Source of the DNA: an uncultured Desulfatitalea sp.
Lineage (GTDB): Bacteria; Desulfobacterota; Desulfobacteria; Desulfobacterales; Desulfosarcinaceae
NCBI GenBank assembly: GCA_963668675.2
Contig: CAXXMB010000002.1
Location: forward strand, 1,088,001 to 1,152,000
Direction of reading: 5' to 3'
Length of the DNA stretch: 64,000 bases
Shown piece by piece: positions 47,782-57,529 of the stretch; positions within the stretch are counted from its first letter, which is position 1, and each line of letters starts with the position of its first letter. Below the pieces are notes generated by a model. That model was not told the DNA's origin and made no database searches. It worked only from the letters and a program-made list of their open reading frames with translations. A program made the position numbers and the translations under genes.

Positions 47782-50505
47782 TTAGTTTTTCATCGCATCC
47801 AATACTTTCTCCGGCAGTGCCGGTAGATGGCGAATGCGGGCACCACAGGCGTTGTTTATGGCATTGATCACGGCCACATGGGATGAGGTCAGGGGCAGTT
47901 CGCCCACACCGGCAGCGCCGAACGGGCCGTGCTCACGGAGGGTCTCCACATAAATCAGTTCCATATCGTCCGGGATCATCTTGGCATAGGGCAGTCCACA
48001 GCCCCGCAGGCTGGTGTGCTTCTTCAGGTCCTCGAAGTCCTCGCTGAGGGCAAGGCCGATGCCCTGGGCAATGCCGCCGTACATCTGGCCGTCCACCACC
48101 AGTTTATTGTTGATGCTTCCCACGTCGGCAATGGCGGTGAATTTCTCCACGGTTGTCTTTCCGGTCTGGGTCTCGACAGCCACCTCGGCCATGAACATCC
48201 CGTACATGTATACGGAAAAGGGCTCTCCCTGGGAGGTTTGCAGATCGCAGTTGGTGCAGATCGAGGCGGTCCATTTACCCGAATAGCTCACCGGAATGTT
48301 CTCGGCCACCATCTCCGCATGGGTGCGGTAGGTGCCGTCGGATTTGCGCATGGCGGCCATCAGCATTTCGCAGCCGTTCTTGATGGCATTGCCGGTCATC
48401 ACCTGCTGTCGGCTGCCACCAGAGGGCCCGCTGTTGGGCGTCACGGCCATGTCGTTCATCACCAGCCGGATCTGATCGGGCTTGAGGCCCATCGGTTCGA
48501 AGGCCTTGTGGGCCGTTCCCAGGGCCCCCATATCGGCTCCCTGGCCATGGTCCTCCCAGCTGCTGAAAACGGTGATCGTATCGTCGGCATTGAGCTCCAC
48601 GCGGATCTCCGAGCTGTCGGCCCCGTCGAGACCGCATCCGTAAATACCCAATGCGATACCGACCCCTTTTTTAATGTCCGGGGTCGACGCCTTCCGGGCT
48701 TTGGCAAGGGCATCCTTGTAAAGGGGTTGCAGCTTCTCGACCATTTCCCCAAAGGAGAACACCTCCGGGGTCTGCCCGGTGGGGGTGGTGTCTCCAGGAC
48801 GATAGACATTTCGTGCCCGCAGCTCCAAGGGATCGACGCCCATCTTTTCAGCCAGCTCATCGATCAGGCTCTCACTGGCAAAAAAGCTCTGGGGCGATCC
48901 ATATGCCCGGAAGGCCGAACCCCAGGCGTGGTTGGTGCAGACGGTGCGTCCCATACCGCGGATGTTGGGAATGCCGTAGCCGGCACCGATAAACTGGGCG
49001 CCGCGCAGGGTCAACAGGTCGCCGAACTCGGAGTACGGTCCGTGATCGACGCTCCAATCGGTCTCCATGGCAGTGATCTTACCATCCTTGTCCGCACCCA
49101 ATTTGACCTTCATCCAGAAGGGGGAGCGTTTGCCGGTGTAGGTGATGTGCTGGTGATAGTCGTAGCGCAGATAGACCGGCCGGCCGGTGGCCACGCAGGC
49201 CACGCCCAGAAGGGCTTCCATGGTGGGGCTGAACTTGTAACCGAAAGTGCCGCCGGTTGGATTCTGGATCAGACGCATCTTTTCCACCGGGATGCCAACG
49301 CCGGCGGCAATCATAGCCGCATGCAGATGAATGGCGATACTCTTGGAATGAATGGTCAGACGCTCGTCATCGTCGAAGTAGGCGCAGCCCACGTCGGTCT
49401 CCATGGTCAGGTGGGGTTGACGCTGCAGGTAATACTCCCCCTCTGCCGTAAAGGCGGCCGACTGCATGAGCGGCTGGGTGTCGTCCCCTTTGACCACGGG
49501 CAGTTCAAAGTAGACATTGGGGGTGCCCGGATGGATTTCGATGGCATCTTCGGCCATGGCCGCCGGAGCGCTCATGTAGGCTGGCAGCTCCTCCAGGTCG
49601 ACCTTGACCTTTTCGGCTGCCCGCTTGGCCTGGTACTCGTTCTCCGCACAAACAATGGCAATGGCGTCGCCGTACTGGAAGACCTTCTCGTCGCAGAGGA
49701 TCGGCCGGTCCCAGCCGTCCCCCTTGTTGGTGGGGAATGTGATCAGGCCGGTGATACGGTTCTTACCGGTCACATCCTTGGCGGTGATCACCTTGACAAC
49801 ACCTGGCATCTTCTCGGCTTCGGAGGCGTCGATGCCCTTGATGTTGGCGTGGGACACTTTGGCCTGCACCAGGGCGAGAAAAAGGGTGTCGGCCGGCATC
49901 TTCAGTCCCAGATCGGCCCCATAGTCCAGGGTGCCGGTGACCTTGGCCACGGCCGACGGACGGGGGTAGTTGCTTCCCCAGATGGCGCCGTCTGCAGGCA
50001 TCTTGAAGAGCAGCTCTTCGGCTTTCATTTCGCCGCGCATCACCTTGGCGGCATCCATCACCGAGTCCACCAGCTGCTTGTAGCCGGTGCAGCGGCAGGC
50101 GTTGCGATGGGCCTGGAACCAGTCGCGCACATCTTCCCGGGTCGGATTGGGATTCTGGTCGAGCAGGGCCTTGACCGACACGATGAAGCCGGGGGTGCAA
50201 AAACCGCACTGGGCGCCGCCATGTACAATCCAGGCCAACTGGATGGGGTGCAGGTTGTCCGGGTTTCCGATCCCCTCCACTGTGACGACCGATGCCCCAT
50301 CGGCCACCCTTGACATCTTGGTCACGCAGGAACGGACCAGTTTGTCATCGAGGATCACGTTGCAGCAACCGCACTGACCCTGGCCGCAACCGATCTTGGT
50401 ACCGGTCAGCCCCAGCTGCTCACGCAGCACATTGGCCAGGGTCTGGTCGGCCTCGGTGACCACATCCCGGGTCATGCCATTGACGCGCAGAGTCTGTCGA
50501 ATCAT
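47782..50505 (-). CDS. mop: molybdopterin-dependent aldehyde oxidoreductase (xanthine oxidase family, Mop)
   Basis: 907 aa; two 2Fe-2S motifs (GCGQGQCGCC; QCGFC...CRCTG), GGTFGYK, AFRAYGSPQ, SGGSRQ, GVGELP. Confidence 0.95.
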   Translation of the reverse strand: MIRQTLRVNGMTRDVVTEADQTLANVLREQLGLTGTKIGCGQGQCGCCNVILDDKLVRSCVTKMSRVADGASVVTVEGIGNPDNLHPIQLAWIVHGGAQCGFCTPGFIVSVKALLDQNPNPTREDVRDWFQAHRNACRCTGYKQLVDSVMDAAKVMRGEMKAEELLFKMPADGAIWGSNYPRPSAVAKVTGTLDYGADLGLKMPADTLFLALVQAKVSHANIKGIDASEAEKMPGVVKVITAKDVTGKNRITGLITFPTNKGDGWDRPILCDEKVFQYGDAIAIVCAENEYQAKRAAEKVKVDLEELPAYMSAPAAMAEDAIEIHPGTPNVYFELPVVKGDDTQPLMQSAAFTAEGEYYLQRQPHLTMETDVGCAYFDDDERLTIHSKSIAIHLHAAMIAAGVGIPVEKMRLIQNPTGGTFGYKFSPTMEALLGVACVATGRPVYLRYDYHQHITYTGKRSPFWMKVKLGADKDGKITAMETDWSVDHGPYSEFGDLLTLRGAQFIGAGYGIPNIRGMGRTVCTNHAWGSAFRAYGSPQSFFASESLIDELAEKMGVDPLELRARNVYRPGDTTPTGQTPEVFSFGEMVEKLQPLYKDALAKARKASTPDIKKGVGIALGIYGCGLDGADSSEIRVELNADDTITVFSSWEDHGQGADMGALGTAHKAFEPMGLKPDQIRLVMNDMAVTPNSGPSGGSRQQVMTGNAIKNGCEMLMAAMRKSDGTYRTHAEMVAENIPVSYSGKWTASICTNCDLQTSQGEPFSVYMYGMFMAEVAVETQTGKTTVEKFTAIADVGSINNKLVVDGQMYGGIAQGIGLALSEDFEDLKKHTSLRGCGLPYAKMIPDDMELIYVETLREHGPFGAAGVGELPLTSSHVAVINAINNACGARIRHLPALPEKVLDAMKN

Positions 50506-50583
50506 CTCTCTATTCTCCTTTTAAGGGTGTTTTACGTTTATGGTGAACCGTTCCCGTCAACGGAATGGTGTCCTTCGCCGCCA

Positions 50584-51606
50584 CTATCCACTGCCGAAGC
50601 CGCAAATCGGGTAGCGGCACTCTGCGCATCCTGAGCAGTAGCCGCCATGCCCCATGGCCGTGATGTCCTCCCTGAGGATCTCATCGCCGGCCACCAGGCG
50701 TGGGACGACCAGATCAAAAATACTGGCCCGGTAGTACATGACGCATCCCGGCAGACCGAGCACCGGGATCTCGCCAATGTATGCCAGCATAAACATGGCA
50801 CCCGGGAAGACAGGGGCGCCATAGGTGATCACCTCTCCTCCGGCAGCGCGGATCGCAGCCGGCGTGCAGTCGTCCGGATCCACGGACATGCCTCCGGTCA
50901 CCACGACCATCTGGGCGCCCTCCTCGATGAGCGTGCCGATGGCGGCAGCCGTCTTGGCCACCTCGTCGGAGACCAGTATCTGCCGGCTGATGCGACACCC
51001 TATGGCTTCGAACTTCTTCCGCACCACCGGCCCGAACTTGTCTTCGATACGCCCATGGTAGACCTCGCTTCCGGTGGTCACCATGCCCACCTCCAAGGAC
51101 TGGAACGGCTTGACACAGATGGGTGCATGGGTCTCCCGGCAGATCTCTTCAACCTGCTCTATGGCGGTCTCCTCGATGGTGAGGGGGATGACCCGCATGC
51201 CGGCTACGGCACGCCCCGCGACCACCTGATGGTTGGTGTGCACCGTGGCAACCACAATCTGCGGAACGCTATTGATCCGATGGAGGGCCTCGACATCGAT
51301 CTTCAGCAAGCCATCGTGTTGGGCCACGAGGTTGACGCGCCCTTCGGAAGGGTTTGTCACGGCCAAGCCGGTGCCTGCAGCCGCGCGCGCGATGCGCATC
51401 GCCGCATCATCTTCATGCAACCTATCGGGCCCCATCACCTCCACATAGACATGCTGCTTGCCGATATCGAGAAAAGCAGAGACATCCTGCGGCTGAATGA
51501 TATGTCCGCGTTTGAAGGCCGGCCCCTTCTGGCCCCCGGGAACGATGCGGGTCACGTCGTGGCCAAGCACCATCCCCACTGCCGCTTCAACTGGAATTGC
51601 TTTCAT
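50584..51606 (-). CDS. molybdopterin-binding (MoeA/MogA-like) protein
   Basis: Start MKAIPVEAAVG; HDVTRIVPG..KG, TTGSEV, TGGMSVDPDD, PG.M, GLPGC; C-terminal CSGC..C..P.C.FG. Confidence 0.88.
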   Translation of the reverse strand: MKAIPVEAAVGMVLGHDVTRIVPGGQKGPAFKRGHIIQPQDVSAFLDIGKQHVYVEVMGPDRLHEDDAAMRIARAAAGTGLAVTNPSEGRVNLVAQHDGLLKIDVEALHRINSVPQIVVATVHTNHQVVAGRAVAGMRVIPLTIEETAIEQVEEICRETHAPICVKPFQSLEVGMVTTGSEVYHGRIEDKFGPVVRKKFEAIGCRISRQILVSDEVAKTAAAIGTLIEEGAQMVVVTGGMSVDPDDCTPAAIRAAGGEVITYGAPVFPGAMFMLAYIGEIPVLGLPGCVMYYRASIFDLVVPRLVAGDEILREDITAMGHGGYCSGCAECRYPICGFGSG

Positions 51607-51709
51607 GCGATCTGTCCTCGCTATTGCGCTTACGCCAAGGTTGCTTTGGTCAATGTTCACCAATGTTGCTGATCGCAAGGCAGGAGCAACTATCGGTGGC
51701 CCGTGATGC

Positions 51710-52549
51710 TCAACCGCTTTCTTCCATCGCTGCGGTCACCGCTTCCCCCCTTTGGATCCGGCCAATTTGGTGGCCGAAGCGACGAAACCACGTATCCTCA
51801 AAACGGCAGAGGTGACGCTCGAGAAGCTCCCTCTCATCCGGGTCGGCAGCCGCAATGCGCTGGTGCAACGTTTCGTTGGAAAAAATCTGACCGGCCGCCA
51901 GAAAACCGATGGTATCGGCCACTGCCGTCATTCGCCTCTCAACAAGGTCCAGATAGGATCCACCAAAATATCCGGAGAGAACCAACCGCCTGTAAATATA
52001 GGGCAGCAGTGCCGGCACGACGATATCGCAGGCGGCATCACGCCGGTCGAACAGCTTGGAGCCCTTTGCCGAACAGCGCTCGGCCAGTTGGTCGGTCAAT
52101 CGTTTGTGACGCGCTTTGTCGAACGTCTCGGCCGTATCACCGACACGAACCCGAATTTTACGCGGGTTGGCCAGCAAGTCGCCAGCCGAGCTGAATTGAC
52201 AATGGTCGGCATAATGACCGGCGCACATCAGCGCCGCCTCCATCAACCTCGCCATGATCAGCCAGTGGACCATGCCTTGCTGTCGGCTGATGCCGTCGGC
52301 CATCTCCAGCAGACCCTCGATGAAGCGCTCGTTGAGTGCATGCGCCCCCCCTGCCCGATCGAGTCGCCGGTTGATTTCAAACAACGTGGCATCGCCCTGG
52401 ATGACGGTTTTTGGGCCAGACTGCCCCGTAGTGCCAACGACCGCCCTGTGGGCACCACAAGCTTTGGCCGGGGTGCGTTTTGTTCCAGGATTGAAAGTGT
52501 GAGTATATTCCCGGGATGAAAAAAGATGAGATGACATCAACCTATCCAT
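51710..52549 (-). CDS. hypothetical protein, first gene of the mop operon (start uncertain: 52549, 52537 or later)
   Basis: Long GC-rich ORF between the promoter/operator and the MoeA-like gene; no recognised motif. Confidence 0.6.
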   Translation of the reverse strand: MDRLMSSHLFSSREYTHTFNPGTKRTPAKACGAHRAVVGTTGQSGPKTVIQGDATLFEINRRLDRAGGAHALNERFIEGLLEMADGISRQQGMVHWLIMARLMEAALMCAGHYADHCQFSSAGDLLANPRKIRVRVGDTAETFDKARHKRLTDQLAERCSAKGSKLFDRRDAACDIVVPALLPYIYRRLVLSGYFGGSYLDLVERRMTAVADTIGFLAAGQIFSNETLHQRIAAADPDERELLERHLCRFEDTWFRRFGHQIGRIQRGEAVTAAMEESG

Positions 52550-52628
52550 TTCACAGAGGAATTTGAAGATATGGCAAAATGAAACACCAAGTGGATCGAC
52601 ACACGGTACGTTTGAGTCAGATAGCTTT

Positions 52629-52656
52629 TTTATAAAAAAACATGTCATTATGTCAA
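52629..52656 (-). promoter_or_regulatory. sigma70-type promoter for the mop operon
   Basis: Minus strand TTGACA-N16-TATAAA in an AT-rich divergent region. Confidence 0.55.
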
Positions 52657-52666
52657 TATTGACATA
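52649..52666. promoter_or_regulatory. perfect 18-bp palindromic operator, copy 1
   Basis: TATGTCAATATTGACATA, with extra half-sites ATGTCA (52642) and TGACAC (52674). Confidence 0.75.
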
Positions 52667-52855
52667 GTGAATATGACACACTTTTACCGATTTTTTGATA
52701 TTTTTCAATTTTCATATTCTAATATCTACTATAAATAACTAAATACAACACAATCGGCCGACAAGGCATCGATTCCTTGCCCGCTCAGGTTTTAAAAAGC
52801 GGAAAAAATTGGTAAGTGGAAATAAGTGGCAACTATCTGCCAGGGAGGAACGACC

Positions 52856-53206
52856 ATGTCGAAGGAGCAAAACGCTTTTACCATTCGGTCCAAGGTCTGG
52901 ATCGAGGACGGAAAGGGAGAGGTGGTCTTCGGATTGGGCCGCTACCGTATGCTGAACACGATCCAACAGACCGGGTCCTTGAATGCGGCTGCAAAAGAGT
53001 TGAAGATGAGCTACCGAGCGGTGTGGATGCGCATTCGCACCTCGGAACAACGCCTGGGAAAGACGCTGGTTGAGAGAAATGGCAACGGATCCCGCCTAAC
53101 GCCCTTTGCCTGTCGATTGATGACCCAGTTTGAACAGCTCCAAACCCAGGTCAACGACGATTCGGATGCCCATTTCGAAAGCACGATGATTAAAAGCTTC
53201 AAATAG
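52856..53206 (+). CDS. ModE-family winged-helix regulator (DNA-binding domain only)
   Basis: KVWIE...VFGLGR..L..I..TGSLNAAAKELKMSYRAVW...G..LT; no Mop domains; GGAGG RBS. Confidence 0.9.
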   Translation: MSKEQNAFTIRSKVWIEDGKGEVVFGLGRYRMLNTIQQTGSLNAAAKELKMSYRAVWMRIRTSEQRLGKTLVERNGNGSRLTPFACRLMTQFEQLQTQVNDDSDAHFESTMIKSFK

Positions 53207-53253
53207 GCCGGTCGGGCTGGAAAAACAATATATGCGGTATCGGGAGCCAACCA

Positions 53254-53469
53254 ATGGAATTTGTCATTGTACTCATAGTGGCGTGCGGCGTGTTCGCCCT
53301 CTGCTTTGCCGTCTTTCTTCTCAAGGGGTGCAATTCGGATGAACCACCCAAGCTCCACACGTGTGGCCAGGGAGGCGATTGCCAATGTCACGGACAAGCG
53401 CAAACAAAGGAGCCGTTCGATTTGATGGCAACCCTGGATAAGGTGAAACAGGAATCGGACAAGAGCTGA
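53254..53469 (+). CDS. small membrane protein with Cys/His-rich tail
   Basis: GGGAG RBS; N-terminal TM helix, HTCGQGGDCQCH. Confidence 0.6.
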   Translation: MEFVIVLIVACGVFALCFAVFLLKGCNSDEPPKLHTCGQGGDCQCHGQAQTKEPFDLMATLDKVKQESDKS

Positions 53470-53539
53470 AAGCAAGTCAAGGAAGTTTGCATAAGAACAA
53501 CTGAACACCGTCGCTTTAAGCTGCTTGGTGATTCAGAGA

Positions 53540-53779
53540 TCAGGCAAATATATCGATCATCTTTCCAGTGGTCCGCTCGATATCCACACTGCCGTCCGGG
53601 CCGTAGGTCATGCCTTTCATGACGTGTCGCGAGGGGATGCGATAGAGGCGAGGTCGCTGGTGTTGCAGCTGCAGCTTTGGCTGCGGCGCACTGCGCTGCT
53701 GTTGCAGACCCATATCAAGCACCCGGATCTTGGCCGGGGCCAGTACGGGCAGATAGAGTGCGTCCGCTGCGGCAGTCAT
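53540..53779 (-). CDS. small hypothetical protein
   Basis: AAGGAAG RBS; ends Y...G......GKMIDIFA, a GxxIDI.A terminus like small motility-associated proteins. Confidence 0.5.
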   Translation of the reverse strand: MTAAADALYLPVLAPAKIRVLDMGLQQQRSAPQPKLQLQHQRPRLYRIPSRHVMKGMTYGPDGSVDIERTTGKMIDIFA

Positions 53780-54173
53780 CACATATCTTCCTTTTTGCCG
53801 ATCAATCCATCTTTCATCGCGGCCTGCTGCGGCGGCGATTGGCATGCATGGCGGACGGTGTTTATACCGAAGAGTACTGCCCTTTTATGAAACTTAGAGC
53901 CAACAGTGATCTCCGATAACGGCGGGGGCCATCACCGCCTCCATGCACCTGAAACGGCACCGACGGGGAGGAGGTTACTGCGGTCCGTTCCAGAAGCTAA
54001 CAATGCATTAAATTAACACATCTTAATCCCTTTGTCGAACAAGTAAGCAAATCCTTAGCATAGAGTGGGGATAATGTATCAAGATGCACTTGATTGCTGA
54101 GGTGCGACCAGGTAGGTTTGTCAAAAATGAGAATGCGGTGCCGAATACCAAAGACCGCTTAGGGGAGTGAAAA

Positions 54174-55292
54174 ATGGAGATGAAACGACCGATAGGGATA
54201 GGGCGCCTGCTCGTGTCCTTTGTTCTGGCGGCAAGCCTCTGCCTGGCCACCATCCCCGGACAGGCAGACATCTACCGCTGGCAGGACGAAGAGGGCAACT
54301 GGCACTTTTCGGACAGCCCCACTTCCGAAGCCCCTATTGAACAGCCTCCTATCCTCACCCAGACGAACCCGCGTCCCGATAAGCATCCATACACACCGGA
54401 AAGCCCCGCCGCCGGGTCGCTCTTGCCGGGGATGTCCCCTGCCAGTCCAAAAGAGGCCCCGCCCCCATCGAGTGCCCCATCGGATACGGCATCCATTCAG
54501 GGCGGCCTGCTCTGGCGTATCGACAGCGCCGGTGCCGGAGAAAGCTATCTGCTCGGCACCATTCACAGTTCGGACCCCCGTGTGGTGCGACTCAGACCGA
54601 GTGTTTCTCAAGCACTGGACCGATCCGAACGGTTTATCATGGAGATGGAGATGGATACCTCCGCCCTGATGGCCTTCGGGGCCAACATGATGCTGACTGA
54701 CGGACGTGATCTGGAGGGCCTGCTGGGCACCGACCTCTATGCCCGGGTGATCGCTGCCATGTCCGATCTCGGCATGCCGGAGATGGTGGTGCGCACACTC
54801 AAGCCGTGGGCCGTGATGGCGCTGCTCAGCATGCCCAAACCGAGTGGCGAACCCTTCCTTGATCTGGTGCTGCAGCAGCGTGCCGCCGGGGCAGGTAAAG
54901 CCACGGCCGGCCTGGAGACGGCCCAGGAGCAGCTCTCCGTATTTGACAACCTCTCCATGTCGGACCAGATTGAGCTCTTGAAAATGACCATGGCACAACT
55001 GCCTGAACTGCCCAGGATGTTCGATCAGTTGATCGAGGCCTATGCGACGAACGATTTGGGGCGCATCGCCACACTGGCGGCCCAATACAAAAGCCAAAGC
55101 AATGTGGAGACCCTCAAGCGCTTCATGCTCCGCCTCAACGACGAACGCAACCGGCGCATGGCCCGCAGAATGGAGCCCTATATCAACCAAGGCAACAGTT
55201 TCATTGCCGTGGGCGCCCTTCATCTGCCCGGTCCGAACGGCCTCATCCAGCTGCTGAGGAATCAAGGCTACCAGGTAGTGTCGGTCCGGTAG
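54174..55292 (+). CDS. TraB/GumN family protein with N-terminal DUF4124
   Basis: Signal peptide, IYRWQDEEGNWHFSD, Pro-rich linker, SYLLGTIH, GLET..EQ, RN..M, AVGALHL.G..GL. Confidence 0.92.
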   Translation: MEMKRPIGIGRLLVSFVLAASLCLATIPGQADIYRWQDEEGNWHFSDSPTSEAPIEQPPILTQTNPRPDKHPYTPESPAAGSLLPGMSPASPKEAPPPSSAPSDTASIQGGLLWRIDSAGAGESYLLGTIHSSDPRVVRLRPSVSQALDRSERFIMEMEMDTSALMAFGANMMLTDGRDLEGLLGTDLYARVIAAMSDLGMPEMVVRTLKPWAVMALLSMPKPSGEPFLDLVLQQRAAGAGKATAGLETAQEQLSVFDNLSMSDQIELLKMTMAQLPELPRMFDQLIEAYATNDLGRIATLAAQYKSQSNVETLKRFMLRLNDERNRRMARRMEPYINQGNSFIAVGALHLPGPNGLIQLLRNQGYQVVSVR

Positions 55293-55537
55293 CCCCCTTC
55301 AAATGCATCCGCAATCCTGCCAACACCTGCAGTCTAAGCGAAACTGGATGTTTTCCAAAAACAGTGCTATGTTCATAAGTACACCCATCCAACGTCCTTG
55401 ATGCCGCCAACGACATCAACACTGGTCGAATTGTGCAAACGCACAGTGGGCATTTCAGCCTTTTGCCTGGCATGCGCAGCATCTTCCACCCTGAATGAGA
55501 ACCGACACCCCATGGCCTATGCCAAGGAGTAGAAGAG

Positions 55538-57529
55538 ATGCCATCGCTTGAAACCATTGTGTCCGGAACAGGGCCAGAGAACAGAGATCTCGCGATGGAG
55601 ATCCACCCCCTCACCCTCGCTTTTACAGGCACGTGTAGGGCAATGGAAAAGCCTTTCATGGCCGACTATGGGCGCAAATCGCTCAAGCAGCTCCGCTTGG
55701 CGACCCTGCTGAGCATCTTTTTCTACCTCCTGTTTGCGGTGTTGGACGCCATTGTCGCGCCAGAGCTGAAGCTTCAACTCTGGGGCGTCCGAATCATCGT
55801 CTCCCTCTGCATCATGGCTGTCTTTCTCTTCTCCTATTCGCGCCGCTTTACGAAGTACATGCAACCCACCATTGCCATCGGCGTCCTGATTGGCGGCCTG
55901 GGTATCGTCTACATGACCGTCATCGGCAATGCAATGATCGCCACCACTTACTATGCCGGTTTGATGCTGGTTCTGATGTTGTCCTACAGCATGATCTGGT
56001 CACGCTTTATCTGGGCGACCACTTGTGGCTGGATCATTATTTTCTCCTATGTCATTGCAGCCGCCCTGAACCCCGATCTGCCGTTGGAAATCGTCGCCAA
56101 CAATGCTTTTTTCTGCATCAGTGCCAACATCCTGGGGATGGTGATCTGCTATGCCTTTGAATACTATATTCGGCGTGATTTCTTTATGCGCAATCTTCTC
56201 AAAGAGCAGCATAATGAGGTAGAAGCAGCCAAAACCGTACTCGAAGAACGCGTGAATGAGCGCACCCTCATGCTGGCCAAGGCCAACGAAAAACTGCGGC
56301 GGGAGATAGAGACCCACCAGCGTCTCGATTGGGAAAAACAGGTGCTCGAAGGCCAACTGCGCCATGCCCAGAAGATGGAGGCCATCGGCACGCTGGCCGG
56401 CGGCATTGCCCACGACTTCAATAACATTCTAGCTGCCATCATGGGCCATAGCGAGCTGGCGCTCATGCAGCTCTCCAACCGCAGGGAGGCTGAACTCTGC
56501 CTCTCGGAAGTGCTCAATGCCAGCCACCGCGCCAAAGAGCTGGTCGGCCAGATTCTCTCCTTCAGCCGCCAAAGCGAAAGCGAGTTGCAACCGCTGAAAA
56601 TCAGCCTCGTCATCAAAGAGGCGATGCGGCTGCTCAAAGCCACCCTTCCCACCAGTATCACCATCGAGCAGCATATCAATGCACCCAACAGCACGGTGGT
56701 GGCCGACGCCACTCAGATCCACCAGATCGTCATCAATCTGTGCACCAATGCCGCCCACGCCATGGACCCCCACGGTGGGACGCTCTCTGTCACGTTGGAT
56801 GAGGCGAACATCGATCAGTCGGAGGTCGGCGAACCAACAGCCTACCCCGGGCAGCTGGCTGCCGGGGAGTATGTTAACCTCTCCATCACGGATACCGGCC
56901 ACGGCATTCCAGACCACATCATGGAGCGCATCTTCGATCCCTACTTTACCACCAAGGCCAAGGGGGTGGGGACGGGATTGGGACTGGCGGTGGTGCGCGG
57001 CATCGTCCATAACCATGGCGGCATCATCAGCGTAGAGAACCTGCCCAATTCGGGCACCCGCTTCAACGTCTATTTACCTCGCGCCAAGGGCCAGGGCATT
57101 CCCGAAACCCAACAACTTCAAATCCTGCGTCAGGGAAAAGAGAAGATACTACTGGTGGATGACGAGGAGGGGCTGGCCGAGCTGGGCGCCAAACTACTTA
57201 CCGCCCTCGGCTACCGGGTAGCCTCCCACACCGAACCGGAAAAAGCGCTGGCATCCTTTAGGGAAGATGTGCAAGGATTTGACCTGGTGATCACCGACAT
57301 GGTCATGCCAAGGATGAGCGGTGAAGTGCTGGCCAAGGAGATTATCGCCCTTCGACCGGACATGCCGATCATCGTCTATACCGGTTACACCAACATGGTG
57401 GCCGCCGACAAGATCCGCCAGATGGGCGTCAGGGCCGTATTGCGCAAACCGATCACCATCTACGGCCTCTCCCAGGCGATCCAGAAGGTCCTCACGAAAC
57501 CGGCCGCCGAGCCACGGCAAAAAGATTGA
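55538..57529 (+). CDS. hybrid histidine kinase (multi-TM sensor-HisKA-HATPase-REC)
   Basis: About 6 TM segments; QKMEAIGTLAGGIAHDFNN, NLCTNA, DTGHG, FTTK..G.GTGLGL; receiver ITDMVMP. Confidence 0.93.
   Translation: MPSLETIVSGTGPENRDLAMEIHPLTLAFTGTCRAMEKPFMADYGRKSLKQLRLATLLSIFFYLLFAVLDAIVAPELKLQLWGVRIIVSLCIMAVFLFSYSRRFTKYMQPTIAIGVLIGGLGIVYMTVIGNAMIATTYYAGLMLVLMLSYSMIWSRFIWATTCGWIIIFSYVIAAALNPDLPLEIVANNAFFCISANILGMVICYAFEYYIRRDFFMRNLLKEQHNEVEAAKTVLEERVNERTLMLAKANEKLRREIETHQRLDWEKQVLEGQLRHAQKMEAIGTLAGGIAHDFNNILAAIMGHSELALMQLSNRREAELCLSEVLNASHRAKELVGQILSFSRQSESELQPLKISLVIKEAMRLLKATLPTSITIEQHINAPNSTVVADATQIHQIVINLCTNAAHAMDPHGGTLSVTLDEANIDQSEVGEPTAYPGQLAAGEYVNLSITDTGHGIPDHIMERIFDPYFTTKAKGVGTGLGLAVVRGIVHNHGGIISVENLPNSGTRFNVYLPRAKGQGIPETQQLQILRQGKEKILLVDDEEGLAELGAKLLTALGYRVASHTEPEKALASFREDVQGFDLVITDMVMPRMSGEVLAKEIIALRPDMPIIVYTGYTNMVAADKIRQMGVRAVLRKPITIYGLSQAIQKVLTKPAAEPRQKD

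Noticed and set aside
47929..50313. 794-aa plus-strand ORF
   Set aside because: Antisense shadow of mop; expected from GC-rich codon bias and has no recognisable motifs
54121..54147. Second sigma28-like promoter TCAA-N15-GCCGAATA
   Set aside because: Both boxes deviate from consensus; too weak to call
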